Below are positions 37,250 to 49,610 of a stretch of 64,000 bases of DNA, piece after piece; within the stretch, counting starts at the first letter, position 1; each line of letters starts with the position of its first letter. The notes under the pieces were generated by a model. The model was not told the origin of the DNA. It searched no databases and was given only the letters and a program-made list of their open reading frames with translations. A program made the translations under genes and the position numbers. Origin of the DNA: Vicugna vicugna (lineage: Eukaryota); the NCBI GenBank assembly GCA_013265495.1, contig MU058463.1, positions 3,765,037-3,829,036 of the forward strand. The letters run 5' to 3'.

Positions 37250-38450
37250 CGTAGGCTTCAGGTTAGATTGCTAATAAAGTAAAGATGTGCTTCTGACATG
37301 TCATAAGAAAATGAACAATTGCTCTGCATCGGTTGGCATGTCTTATAAGAAGACAGCTCCTGGATAAAATTCAACATGCAATTTTAGCTTTTGTCGCATT
37401 TTGAATAAAAATAGTTGGCTGAAAAACTACCTATTTAAAATATTGAAAGCTGGTGATTACAAATAAGCATCCTGGCTGAAATTAGCAAGGCAGTAGAAAT
37501 CACTCAGAGCGCGAAGAGCTTGGATAGGATTCCAGAAGTAGTTTTCCCTTAAATTGAGTGGTGCAGACAAAAGCAGTTTGTTCTTCAAAGAATGACTATT
37601 CTTAAACTGTCGCATTCGCTGACGGGGACTGCACAGGTGTGGGCCAATTTACGTAACACTTGAGAGGTCTGGGGTTTGCTAACTACATCAAAGATAAGGC
37701 AAAACAGAGATTGAAATTCCTCGTTATTCTTTTGTTCTTTTCAAACAGGAAAGCATCGCATTCTTAAAGGACAACTCCCAGCACACAGGTTTTTGTGTGA
37801 GACATGGTAAAGAAACAAAAAGACAAACTCTCTTCTTGAAACATAATGTGATTCAAAACAGCCACTAGGGGACAGTCAAAACATCGGGTAATTTCACAAG
37901 GCGAGTCCTTGGATCGGAACCTTAAAATAAAAAATGTTTTGCAGGATTTTAAAAGCATTTGATTGTTTACCCAGGGTGGAGGAGAGAACAAAATATATTC
38001 TTGGTCATACTAACATAACATTAATGGAAAACAGCCGTAAAAATCACACAAGCCTGCAAAGATTTTTACTGGCACACATTTCCATGGTAGTGCGATGACA
38101 GCGCAGTGTCTGCCCCGCGCCTCAGGGACAACAGTTGTAGGACAGTGAATCAGCACAAAAGAGGTAATGAGGTCAGTCCCCCAATGCCCTCTGATTTAAA
38201 GCTGCCTCCCGAACAGCGAAGGATCAAGGATAACCATCAAAACACAGATCAGCAGCATCGGTCTTAATGGAACATTCACAGGCAGGTGTATTGGTACATC
38301 ATTTGCTGTCTCTCTGTGTGTTTTTAATGTAAGCGATGTCTTTTTAGATTCTGAAGTCAGAATTATTACTTAAAAAAAAAATCCCATAGCTCCATTTAAC
38401 CCACGCTATTTGTGGGAGGTGAGGAAGAAGTGACTCATGAAATTGCCAAA
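37250..38450. promoter_or_regulatory. Candidate cis-regulatory element (CpG-enriched, repeat-free)
   Basis: About 20 CpGs in ~900 bp (37500-38410) versus sparse CpG elsewhere, and no recognisable repeat. Contains TTACGTAAC, AGATAA, TGTTTAC and TGACTCA motifs. Confidence 0.45.
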
Positions 38451-41254
38451 ATGCTTGTGAAAAGTGCAGATGAAATGGTGACAGACACTGAAGCATTCAG
38501 CTCTTATTCTTTAAAAATCTTTCTAAAAAGAGAATTGGGCTAGGAGTAGGGAGGGCATGAAAAGGAATTAATTCTAAGCATTATGTAGAATCCTAGACCT
38601 TTCAGCTAAAAGTATTTTAAAGTCCTCAGCATGTAATATTTTCCATTATTTCTAGCCTATAATTTTTCTCCTTAGCCACTTTAAAGCAAAAAAACAAAAA
38701 AAAAAACCCCCAAAAAACCCTGTATACTGTGATATCACATACTAGAAGCTTTTCCCAAATTAGCTACAGTTCAATTGACCATGGAAACATGGCTATATAT
38801 ATAGTCTGCAAATGTTAAAAGTAACTAGAGGATCTTTAGGGATACTAAGCTTGAATGTAATGAATAAGGACAGAGCACACTTGGTTTCCTAAAGCAGAGC
38901 TCAGCCAGCGGGCGCCAAGACTTCCCTGACCCTGGCTCCTTGGAGGAAACAGTTTTAGGCACTTGGAGCTGAGACAAAGGGAAATAATCACATCCTTAAT
39001 TCTTCAAAGTGAAATGACTAATTCTAACTTGTTGACAGTAAAAAGCAAGAAGTGTGATACTTAGGTCCAAGACAGTTTCTCCAACCATCTGTCTTAAATG
39101 TAGCTGCAATTCATATATTGAGCATAGTTACTGATATTTTTGTCAGTAAATACGTATTTTTCATGTGAATGCATAGAAAAGCAGATCACTTGGTCTAATG
39201 TAAGCCATCTTACAATGGGTCTTCTGACTGTACTTTAGTCTAGTCTCCTCTCTAATAATCTATGTCACCTTGGGTTTGCTTTGTCTTTTCCTTCTACAAA
39301 GCAGATTTGCGTGGGAACAGTAGAATCAGGCATGCCTTAAATATTTGGCCACTTGGAATCACTAGAGTCATTCTACTTACTGTAAAGACACAGGGAAATC
39401 TTAAATAGTGATTCCTAAGATTCCTGAAGAGGTCTTCATAAACTACGTGCGTTCTGAGCACCAAACGGGTTTCATATACCTGGTTCTACCTCAGGCGAAA
39501 AACCTAGCCTACACTTATAATTTCAGGACAGGTTGTAAAATAAATTACTCATGTGTAAAGGTAAAGGTTCAGATCCTAACATGCCTACAAATTTGAGATT
39601 TTGGATGCCTGGTTAAAATACACAGTGGAATCAATTCTAGAAATTCCTCTCTGAAGCTTCTCTAGTCTCACCAGGAGAGATGCGCACCCCTGTGGTTTCT
39701 ACTTGCATCTATCAGATGGCCCTGTCCATCTTCTATTATAGCTACTGTACAGTCCTAAAAAGCAAGGTAGTGTCTCATGCACCACTCAGTTGCCCTGGAC
39801 TGTCTTGCACACTGGTAATTCAATGAAGGTTGCTTGGATGAATGAGATTGCAAAGATAGATGGTAAGCAATGGATAGGACTCACCCAACACATTTTCCTG
39901 GGTGCTTTGCCTCTAGTGCAGTTTAATCCTTCACTCCAGAGGCAAGACCCAGAGCTTTCATGGATGGCACCCCACCTTGTTCAGGTGCCGGTGCTGCCTC
40001 AGGCCATGTCTTCTAAATGCACGAGCTATTCAACCTCTTCTTCAATGACAGTCAAGGTTCTTGAACTGCTGGACGATATTAACTGATACTCCTCAGTAGG
40101 ATGTATGGACTGGGCCACGTCTGGCACAGCATCTCTCACACTGGAGGTGCTCTCTACAAGAGGAAAGAAGGGCAATGGAAAGATATTAAGCTCTAGTTTC
40201 TTGAATACAGACAGAATTTCCAAAACCAAATCTGCCAGACTCTCGGTACAGATCACTTGTTGTTCTACTTGGAATTCTTCCTGTCTCTTCCATCTTCACA
40301 CTCAATAATGCCATTTGAATAGGCCATATTGCTCCCATCACGATAGTTCTATGAAGTTGGATGTTTTAGGAAAAAGTTGGGTTCTCTGATGTCTTATCTA
40401 GTTTGTACCTATGTTTCTACTTTTTCTCTCCAGGCTCTGTTCTTTTTCCCAAACCTCCTCCAAGTAATGGTGTTTGTGAAATTGCTTGCACTTTAATTAT
40501 TTTCAATATGTACTCCACCCAGAAGCCCGTAGCACTCTTGTGTTAGGAGTGAATGCTGAGAGATAGAGGGATAATCTGGTATAACTAAAAGGAAATAAAA
40601 AGAATTAAGATTGGTGCCAAAACAAACACTGAAATAAAATTCTGCCTATTTATTTTTTCACAGTTTGCAGAAAAATATCAAAATTTAATGAGAACAATTG
40701 TTTAACAAAACAGCACCAAAAATGGTCATATAAATAAGTGTGGGGGCATTTATGTACTAAGCATGATTTTCCCTTAGTACTTATTGAAAATTCCCCCTCT
40801 CTCTCTTTCTTTCTCTCTCTTTCATTTGTCCATTCATTCTTTCATGATTACACATGTAAGCAGATAAAACAAAGGAGTTTTTCCTCTTTTGAAAGTACAA
40901 AAAATGAGGGAAATGGGAAGGGGTCAAACATCTTGCAAAAATGGCAAAGTGAGACTGAACTGTCTTCAGTGTACACTGTAATACTGATCATTGTTTTGCC
41001 AGGAGAAACATGTAATATACTGGCAGAGTCACAGTTCTGGTATATCAACCATGTATATTTTAACTCTCATATAATTTCATATATTTAACTTCATTTCCAT
41101 AACTCAGTACATCAAAGTGTAATGGATTCCCAACTGTAAGAATTTTGAGGACTTTGTATATACCCTTTGAGGCTGTCATATTTTTTCTTTGCTTTTATTT
41201 AGAATCATTTGATTAACAGAAACAGGAACTCACTTGTGGCATCTGTGCCAACGA

Positions 41255-41672
41255 CTAGGTAGCTGTTCACCAAATTCTTTTTTCTTTCCTCCCAAGTACA
41301 CTTTGGGGCAACATGTCATAACCAGTATTGCAATTGTTTGTAGCCTTGCGACTAGGTGCTGGTCAATGGAAGATGAACAGAATGAACAGTAATAGTATAT
41401 GAAGAGTAACGTATATGACTTCCAGGGCTCACACACACAATACTCTCTCTTTTTCCCCCTTGTACCCATGGAATGGAGAAGTCTAAGAATCAAGAAAAGG
41501 ACCTACAGCCTACATTGCTGCTTGAAGGAAAGCTGCCCAGGAACCAGCAAGCCAAGCTAAAGCTGTAATATGAGTGACAAAAAAAACTTTATTTTGAATT
41601 ACTAATCCAAATTTTAAACTTTGAAATTTTAAAGTTCTGTCTTAAAGCAGTTGGCCTGTCCCAACTAATACA
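41255..41672 (+). mobile_element. MLT1J-like MaLR LTR
   Basis: tgcgactaggtgctggtcaatggaa...tatgacttccagg...gaaagctgcccagga...gttggcctgtcccaactaataca. Confidence 0.6.
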
Positions 41673-44049
41673 ACAGTCTGAGAAAATCAATGTTAGTCTA
41701 AACATCTTCATCACTGAGAGCTGGAATGGGAAATCAAGTTGCTGGGAACTGAGGTGAAGAGAGAGATGTACTGTTCTCTCCCTCTCTCTGTCCCTCATTC
41801 ACGAAGCACCAGACTAACGTAAGATAGCCCTGGCAAAGTTACTGTGAATATTCAACTCAGAAACACATTTAGTAAGCAAAGTTCTGTGCCAGAAGCCAAC
41901 AGGAAGGGTCTTCCTTTAGTTAATCACTAGATGCGAGTGGTAAATAGTTCTTACGTAAAGGGTAGAGACCGAGAAAATGCACAGCTTAATAAGACAATCA
42001 ACTAAAGGCTTGGGTAGGGAGAAACAAACCAGGCATGAAGAAATGGGGGGGAGAGGGAGGAGGAAAACCTGAAGGAGGAGGTTCAGAATGGGAGTAGGAG
42101 CTGGGGCTCAGAGAGGTTCCTTGAGGCACTCCAGAGGATTTTCAAGGGACCTTGAGGATCTGCCCAGGGATGAGGAGAAGACAGGAGGAACAAGCACCCA
42201 TCTTGGACCTGATACCTTCAGACTTCTCATCATCATTTCCCATCTTCTTCAGTTTTCCCTCACAAATCTTATTTCCTAATCACTTAATTATCATTCCATT
42301 CCCTTAGTTTCCTTTAAAATAGATAGTCTATTTCCTGGTTTTCTATAGCCAATTTCAATTATAATCCCCTACACTAGACACAAGTTGAAAAAGACTAAGC
42401 AGGACAAGTACCTCTCCATACTTTCCCAAGCCACACTCCACAGTTATATGCTAAGGTACACCCCAGGTATCTTCTCAGTCTTGGGACTGTCACACCAATC
42501 AAGCAATAGCAATTTCTGGATCTTTTTCTGCCACAATGAAGGGCAGACCATTGTGCAGAGCCTTGAATTTCTATGCAGAATTTTTGGTAAGATATGAAAA
42601 ATAATCCTGCCCTAATTTTTGTGATTCTGGAGTTGGCTGCCACTGAGCAAGGTTGAGCAATCTATTTCTCTGAAGGGAACACCCATCTTTCTGGGAAAAT
42701 TTAGGCACATTCCTTCCTAGAAAAGAAGGGAGAGACTAAGTGACCTTTGGCAGACTTTTAAGACCTAATGGTCTAAAAAAATGACATTTCATAATGATGA
42801 CATGGTATGATCGTGAAAATTTTGATTTGATATCGCCCACTGTCTTTCAATGATCCACAGTGCCTTTGCATGTACATCATTTAGCCTTAAGATACTTAGT
42901 TTCTCTTGATGGGGAAGAAGTGGGTATATGATCAGAATTAGAAATAAAAGACAAATGGTATTATTTTTTTCCACCAAAAAAAAAAAAGATACTTAGTTTG
43001 GTAATAGCCTCACTTGCAAACCCAGGTAGATTACTTTGTTCAAGGCTTTTCAGAGACAATTGTAGGCTTAAAACTGTGCTTGTGTTCAAAGAATAACTAG
43101 ACAGAGACTGGAATGTTATCCCTTTTCAGTCAAATGTGCTTGAATAGCCTAGATAACTCTGCCTCCTGGACCTTTATCTGTGCAATGGGAGTAAGTGGAT
43201 GGAATAGGTTCCTTTCCCCTTCACTTCTTTGACTCTTCTCATCCCATCCAGTGGGTCAAGGAGGGCTCTCTTTGCTTTCATCCTTACCTTCAGTGGAGAG
43301 GGGTCTTTCTTTTAGCACGATATTGAGAGCTTTCCTGACACTCCAATCTAAAGGAAATATTCAGTTCTCCATCACATTTTCCTGGTTTATTTTCTTCAAA
43401 GAATTCATCATTACCTGAAACTATCTTAAAAAAAAAACTATCAGTTCACTTGTCAACCATTTGCACCCCACACACACACACATTGGAACATAAGCTCCAT
43501 GTCTGCTTGTTCACCACCATATGGTATAGTACCTAGCATACAGTAGTCACTTAATAATTAAGTGAATAAACCCAAGATGTGCTATGAGAAGTGATCAGTA
43601 TTAGCTTCTGTGGGTGTTACAGGCACTTCCCAAGAATGGGAAAATACACTTCAAAGAGAACTCACCAAGGCAGGCAAAGTAGCACAGTGACATAAAGTCA
43701 GGACTGAGGGAGAGCACAGAGGACGAGGTGGAAATGAGGGTGAGGCCCTGAGCCCTGTGGAGAGCAGACTCAGCAGTGACTGGAAGGCAAGCAAGAGGAG
43801 CAGCAGAGGAACAGTTCACTTTACTTTGTACTTTAAGGATATTTCTAACAGACACGAGTAAGCCTGGGGCCATTCCTGTTGGACTTCCTAGCTATTGGGG
43901 ATGCAATAAGGCATTACAACTGTGATGCTTATTCCAAGTGGTGCTGTGAGGATTAAAACTCTCTGAAGTATATACAACCCTCAGTACCCTGATATGGAAA
44001 AAATTGTAGCCTCAGTTCCTTGGAGTCCTCCTCTCCCAGGCATCTTCTG

Positions 44050-45700
44050 CATCTACTTTACTTGTTCAAACATGCACTCATAGCTCCTACCTTTTAAATA
44101 ATCTCTGTCCCTGCCTCTTCCTCTCTCTCTCTGTTTCTGCTTCTGAAAGAACTCCCCACCCCATCACTGACTGGCCTACCACAATCCAGTAACAGAAAGG
44201 CTCTCGCTGAGGCCACCAGTAACCCCTTGTGGTCACCAGCAAGGAGCCTGTTCACACCCCTTCCCTCCTACCTCTTTGCAGCATTCAACATGCTTCAGGA
44301 CTTGCTTCTTGAAATGCCTTTTCCTCTGGCTTTTCTGATACCACAGCCACCAAGTTCCTCTCCCACCAGGTAGGCCACTTCTCACTCCCCATTGCTGCCT
44401 TTTCTTCTTCTACCTGATTTTCAAATGTGGAAATTCCTCAACAAGGCTGAAGGTCAGTCTTGGACCTTCTTCTCTATTTTCATTCTTTAAATATTCTCAT
44501 ATGTGTCTATGCTTTAAATTCAACTACATTACAACTTCTAAACTAATAGCCTCCAAATGTATAGCTCAGCTCCAGATCTGTGTATCCAAATGTCTACTTG
44601 ACACATCCACTTGGATATCCTACAGACATCACCAACTTAACAAGTCCAGGACAGAACTCAGGCTCTCTCCTAACCCCAGCCCAAGCCAACACACTCCTCT
44701 TCCAGTCTTCTCAATCTTGGCAAATGAGACCTCCATTCACTCAGAAAAGAGTGCATCTCTTCCTCAACTTCTGTGACCAGTCCATTACTAAGCCCTGCCA
44801 GTCTTCTCTCCAAATTAAATTTTGACTCTATCTCTTTCTGTTTCTTCACTCTGGTCTTACCTCCAACATCTGCCAACTGAGATTTTTTTCTTCAAATTTT
44901 GTGCAACTTTAATTCATTTGTAAAATTCTTATTATATACTAGAATGATAATTTTAAAATAAAATTTGATCATATCAGCTTGCTGATCTATCAGCAAAGAT
45001 AAAATTTGGCTTTTCCACGGTCTGTTCAAATAATGTAGCCTCTGCCTACTTCTGGGACTTCAGCTCATCTCAGATTCTTATCCGTTGCCATGCACCAAGT
45101 ACATGGTATTCTTCCACCCTTTACATTTGCAAGATTTTTCCTACCCCTGCACCTTTGCACAACCTGTTTTTTTCTAGATGGAGTGTTTTCCCGTCTCCTT
45201 TACCTGCCTACTCTTAGTAACTCTGAAGATTTCCATTCAAATATTTTCTTGATTCACCAGTCTAAACTAGATCTTCCCTCTGTTTTTCCTTAACTTCATT
45301 CTTTTTTTAAATACTATTTAACACAATAGGTATTTATTTAGCTGTACAGGTGATTATTTATAATAGTTACCTATATTATCTATATTATAATAAATAATTG
45401 ATATATTTCAAATAGTAAGATAATATAGACAATATTGTATGTAATTATATGTAACTATATTTGTATTTATTTATATTTTATATATGTAAAATTATATATA
45501 AATATACATGTAATTATATATCTGATATAATATAATTACATATAAAATATACACATAATACATATGTATAGGTCTCTGTAACTATACAGCATGTGATGTC
45601 TCCCCAGCTAGAACGAGGGACTATATATGTTTTCCTCTCTATTATATATCTTGCACCTAGCACAGTGCTTGGCATGTAACATGCATATAATAAGTAAATA
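44050..45700 (+). mobile_element. L2 LINE (long fragment incl. 3' end) with AT-rich low-complexity insert ~45360-45570
   Basis: tccaaatgtctacttgacacatccacttggatatcctacagacatcaccaacttaacaagtcc...; 3' end cacctagcacagtgcttggcatgtaa. Confidence 0.8.
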
Positions 45701-45769
45701 TTTCATACATTTCATAAAAGATTATCGTTACTTAGCAGTAGTAATAAAAATATATCTAGTAATATTCAC

Positions 45770-46075
45770 CTAAATTCCTTTTCTGAAATCCTTTGAGCCA
45801 GAAGTGTTTGGGAATTCAGACAATATTCTGATTTTTGGATTAATGTGCACACACACCACATTAGGGAATAATTCTGGCAGGATCTGGGGTAGCATCTGTA
45901 ATCAAACACTAATACTTCCAGAGCTAAATGCACCAATATTTATAATCAGTAGAACCAGTTAAAACTATGAACAGCCCCACATCAGATCAGGTCCAAATTT
46001 ATCACCAATGAAGCTGTGAAAATAAAGTCTTTGAGTTTCCAGAAGAGTTTGGATTGGGAATGGTCCATAAAGAAT
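45770..46075. mobile_element. MER46C-like TcMar-Tigger element
   Basis: ccttttctgaaatcctttgagccagaagtgtttgggaattcaga...tctggggtagcatctgtaatcaaacactaatacttcc...tcagatcaggtc...tttggattgggaat. Confidence 0.65.
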
Positions 46076-47335
46076 GGAGAAGCTGCCCCAGCCCTGCCAT
46101 GATCTCTGGCTTTCATAAGAGGTGCCTCAGAAGAGCTCACTTTCCCCATGTGAAAAAGCACTTGACTTTTACTCAGACTGACCCAAAATAAATCCAAACC
46201 ACTCAAGAGGAAACATCTGAGGATTTTCAGCGGACTTCAGTTACATGGACTTTCCACCATGAAATTCACTCTCATTGAAATAACTACCTCCTGGGAGCAC
46301 TTAAAATTCTCCATTTTGCAATAGATTTGGGTAGAAAAAAGAACTTAGGAATCTATCCAGAGCCAGGGTCACTGCTGCCCAAGATGTATTTAACAATGAA
46401 AGTTCTGACTCACCTGTCCCTGCCTTGCCCTACTCATGGCTTGTATGACTTCTGTGCTAACTTTCCTGAAACTTTTCCAAGTGTGTTTGTGCTTGCATCA
46501 AAAATACTTCCCCCTTTAAATTCAACACAATGCTGCAAGTCACTGATTAATCTTTGTCGTGATTGTTTTGTTTTAAATTATCTTATCCATAAAAGAATTA
46601 AGCAATTATGGAAAAGTTCTTTCAAAACTTAACAATAGACTCACAGTAAAAAGGGACTAATTAAGGGGGGAAATTCAAGATGCTTTATATTCTGTCAAAA
46701 TATGTCTAGGTGCTTGGAGTCATGTCTTCTCACCTATCTTTTACCACCATCCAGTGGGGGGAAGCAATTCTCCTAAAATAAATCTCAAGCAAGTTTTTGG
46801 ATGAGAATCTGAATTTTAAAACACCTGATATATTATTGTGACCTTACTTAAAGTGAAAATCATTTTCACTTTAGTGTTACTGGCATGAAACTTTGACACA
46901 TAAAGGTATTCACGATGGTTATTATATCAGAAAATAAACAGACGAATAAACAACTTCTGAAGGCATTATTAGCCTACTTTAAGTAAGTAGGCTACTCTGG
47001 TCTACTGGCCTATTTTTAAAGTCTTCTATTAGCCTACTTCAAAAAAGTAAAAGAACAGTAAGAGTCAGTCAAATATTCATGAGGGAACAAGAAGCAGATC
47101 ATCAATGGGGGGGTTCACTTTAGCGAATAAGAAGATATTTTGTAAGTAACTTTAACTTGATAACCAAATGTGCATTTTTAAATAGGTTTAATAATAAAAA
47201 AGATGTGATATTATGTATTGGAGACATTTTATTCAGTCTTAAAGGAGCAGATACACAGAGAAGTGGAACTCATTCCCCTCTTAAATTACAAAAAGGGATG
47301 AACATGAAGATGCAGCTAGAGTCATTTTAAGCTCT

Positions 47336-47830
47336 TATTTTTTTAATTTTTAAATTCATTTTTTAAATTGTGACAAAATAACATAAAGTTGCCATTTTAA
47401 CGGTTTTTAAATGCACAGTTCTGAGGCTTTTAGCATTCACATTCTTATGCAACCCTCACTGCTATCCATCTCCAGAACTGTTTTATCTTCCCAAACTGAA
47501 ATTCTATACCCATTAAACACTAACTCCTCATCCCCAACTCCCCCAGCCCCCTAAAATCACGATTCTACTTTCTGCCTCTGTGAACTAAACTATTCTAGAT
47601 AACCTCATAAAAGTGGAATCATACAATATTTGTTCCTTTGTGACTGTCTTATTTCACTTAGCATCACTTCCTCAACTTTAATCTATGTTGTAGTGTGTGT
47701 CAGGATTTCATTCCTTCCTAAGCTGAATGATAGTCCATTATATGTATATACCACATTTCCTTCATCCATTCATCTGTCTATGGACACTTGGGTTGCTTCC
47801 ATCTTTTTGGCTATTGTGAATTCTGCTGCT
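47336..47830 (-). mobile_element. L1MB-like 3' end
   Basis: ttgtgacaaaataacataaagttgccattttaacggtttttaaatgcacagttc...catccattcatctgtctatggacacttgggttgcttcc. Possible TSD taagctctt / taaactctt. Confidence 0.85.
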
Positions 47831-49587
47831 TATAAACTCTTTTTAAAAAACATTTCTTGTAAAAGGAAACATTTCTTGTAAAATATTGGTTAGAAAAAAT
47901 TCTCAGCAAGATAAAACCGACACCTTTTACTGTAAGTGAAAACCTATTCAATCAAGGAAGAAACTGCATGTTATTCGGTAATTCTACAATCACCTTCCTG
48001 CAAGTTAGGGGTTGTTTCAGTAGATGAAAAGCATACTATCCTCTTAACCAACTTCCCTCCCAATCATCAAACTCAGTTTTAGAATTCATGTAATATAGAG
48101 ACTGTAATAAAACATCTTCCTATTGTTACCAAATTTGTGCCATTGAAAGGTGACAACCATTTGCCAAATTCACCAAGACAGTAAAAAGAACAGAGGACAA
48201 ATTTTCCAGGGAAGTGGGTTTACATCAATTCTGTGGTTATATGCAAGCTTCAGAATCACAACAATCCAAATACTAGGTGGATTCTAGGGTGAATTTAAGT
48301 CTATCTTAAACCCCACATCAGGAGGTATTTTTTATTAAGACTTTATTGTAATATGGTCCATTGCAGTGAAGTTTTAAATGACAGACTCCCCATATTTTCT
48401 CAGAAAAGTTGTGATATGGAAGACACCACAGTGGTTAATCTTGGGCAATTCCTCACTTTACATCAGGCCAAGAAGCAATATTGTCCTATTACATCATATA
48501 GCCTCTTGCCTTAAATCATTTTAGGAATAATGAGGGAGATGAACTAGTTAGTAATATCCTATGTCTCCTTTTATGTGTAAAAGGATGATTCTAGCATAAT
48601 TTGATGGTTTTCAAGGCAGCACACTAGGAAGTTATTTCATATTTTCAGAGATTGAGTGCCATGAACTTATGTCTCCTTGAAAGAATCCAAACCTTTCAGC
48701 TCAGGAACTGCTATTACAGTGGATGTGTTTATCAAAGGCCAGATCTTGTTCATAGCTCACCAGAGTGAATGCTTCTTGGAGATGAACTATTCACATGGGA
48801 GAATTATCACATTGCTCAGTAATACATATAGTTCCCTTCTCACGAGTCTGGTGCTGTTTCCTTAGATTGAAACTATAGTCCTGCCCTCCTCACACTCGCC
48901 TTTCTTCCCAATCACTGTCTTAATGTTTCCTCTCAATGTGATTTCATGACGAACGCATAGAGAAATAACTTTTGGGTTTCCTACTATAAAGAAATCATAA
49001 TAAAACACTCTACTATTGCTTCTAAATTTGTGCCACTCAAAGGTGACATCTTGTCATTTGTTTAAAAATACTGTGTTCAGCCTCTCAAACAATGTCACAC
49101 AAAAAGGAAGTTAAAGGGAAAGAAAAGACATTCACCTTTTTGTCTAATAAAGGATTCAGTCCTTGCAGCAAATGCTGAACCAACAGATATTTCTTGCTTT
49201 AAGTGGGGGGGGGGTAGAAACCCTCTCTTCACAGTTTCAAACACAAAATCAAAAAATTAGGGAGATTATTATTTATATTGCAAAGGAATTTTTTTCCATA
49301 TATGGGCTCACTGAGCCTCAATTCTGCCTTCGGAATCTTGCTTGAGTCCATTTCATTGACAATGTAAATTATACCCACAACATCAAAAACAAAGGAGTCT
49401 GGAAAATAAGACTCTCGGACTTCCAGCCCTGTGATATAAGGGAGAACATAAAAGGGTGTGGAAATGCTGATTTTATTTATATATATGTATAAAATCAAGT
49501 TTCAAGTGAAAACCTAACCAAGTTTCAAGTGAAACTTGAGAGAGACAGAGAGACAGAGAGAGAGTCATGTTATAGAACAGATTCAGG

Positions 49588-49610
49588 TCACACACACACA
49601 CACACACACA
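49588..49610. repeat. (CA)n microsatellite, adjacent imperfect (GA)n at 49538-49565
   Basis: Direct observation. Confidence 0.9.

Noticed and set aside
37749..37807. Possible + strand exon (ttcaaacag|GAAAGC...CATG|gtaaag)
   Set aside because: Unrecognised peptide, moderate donor, and opposite to the inferred host orientation. Not supportable without RNA data.
45360..45570. AT-rich quasi-palindromic stretch
   Set aside because: Low-complexity (TA)n-derived sequence. Self-complementarity is expected by composition.
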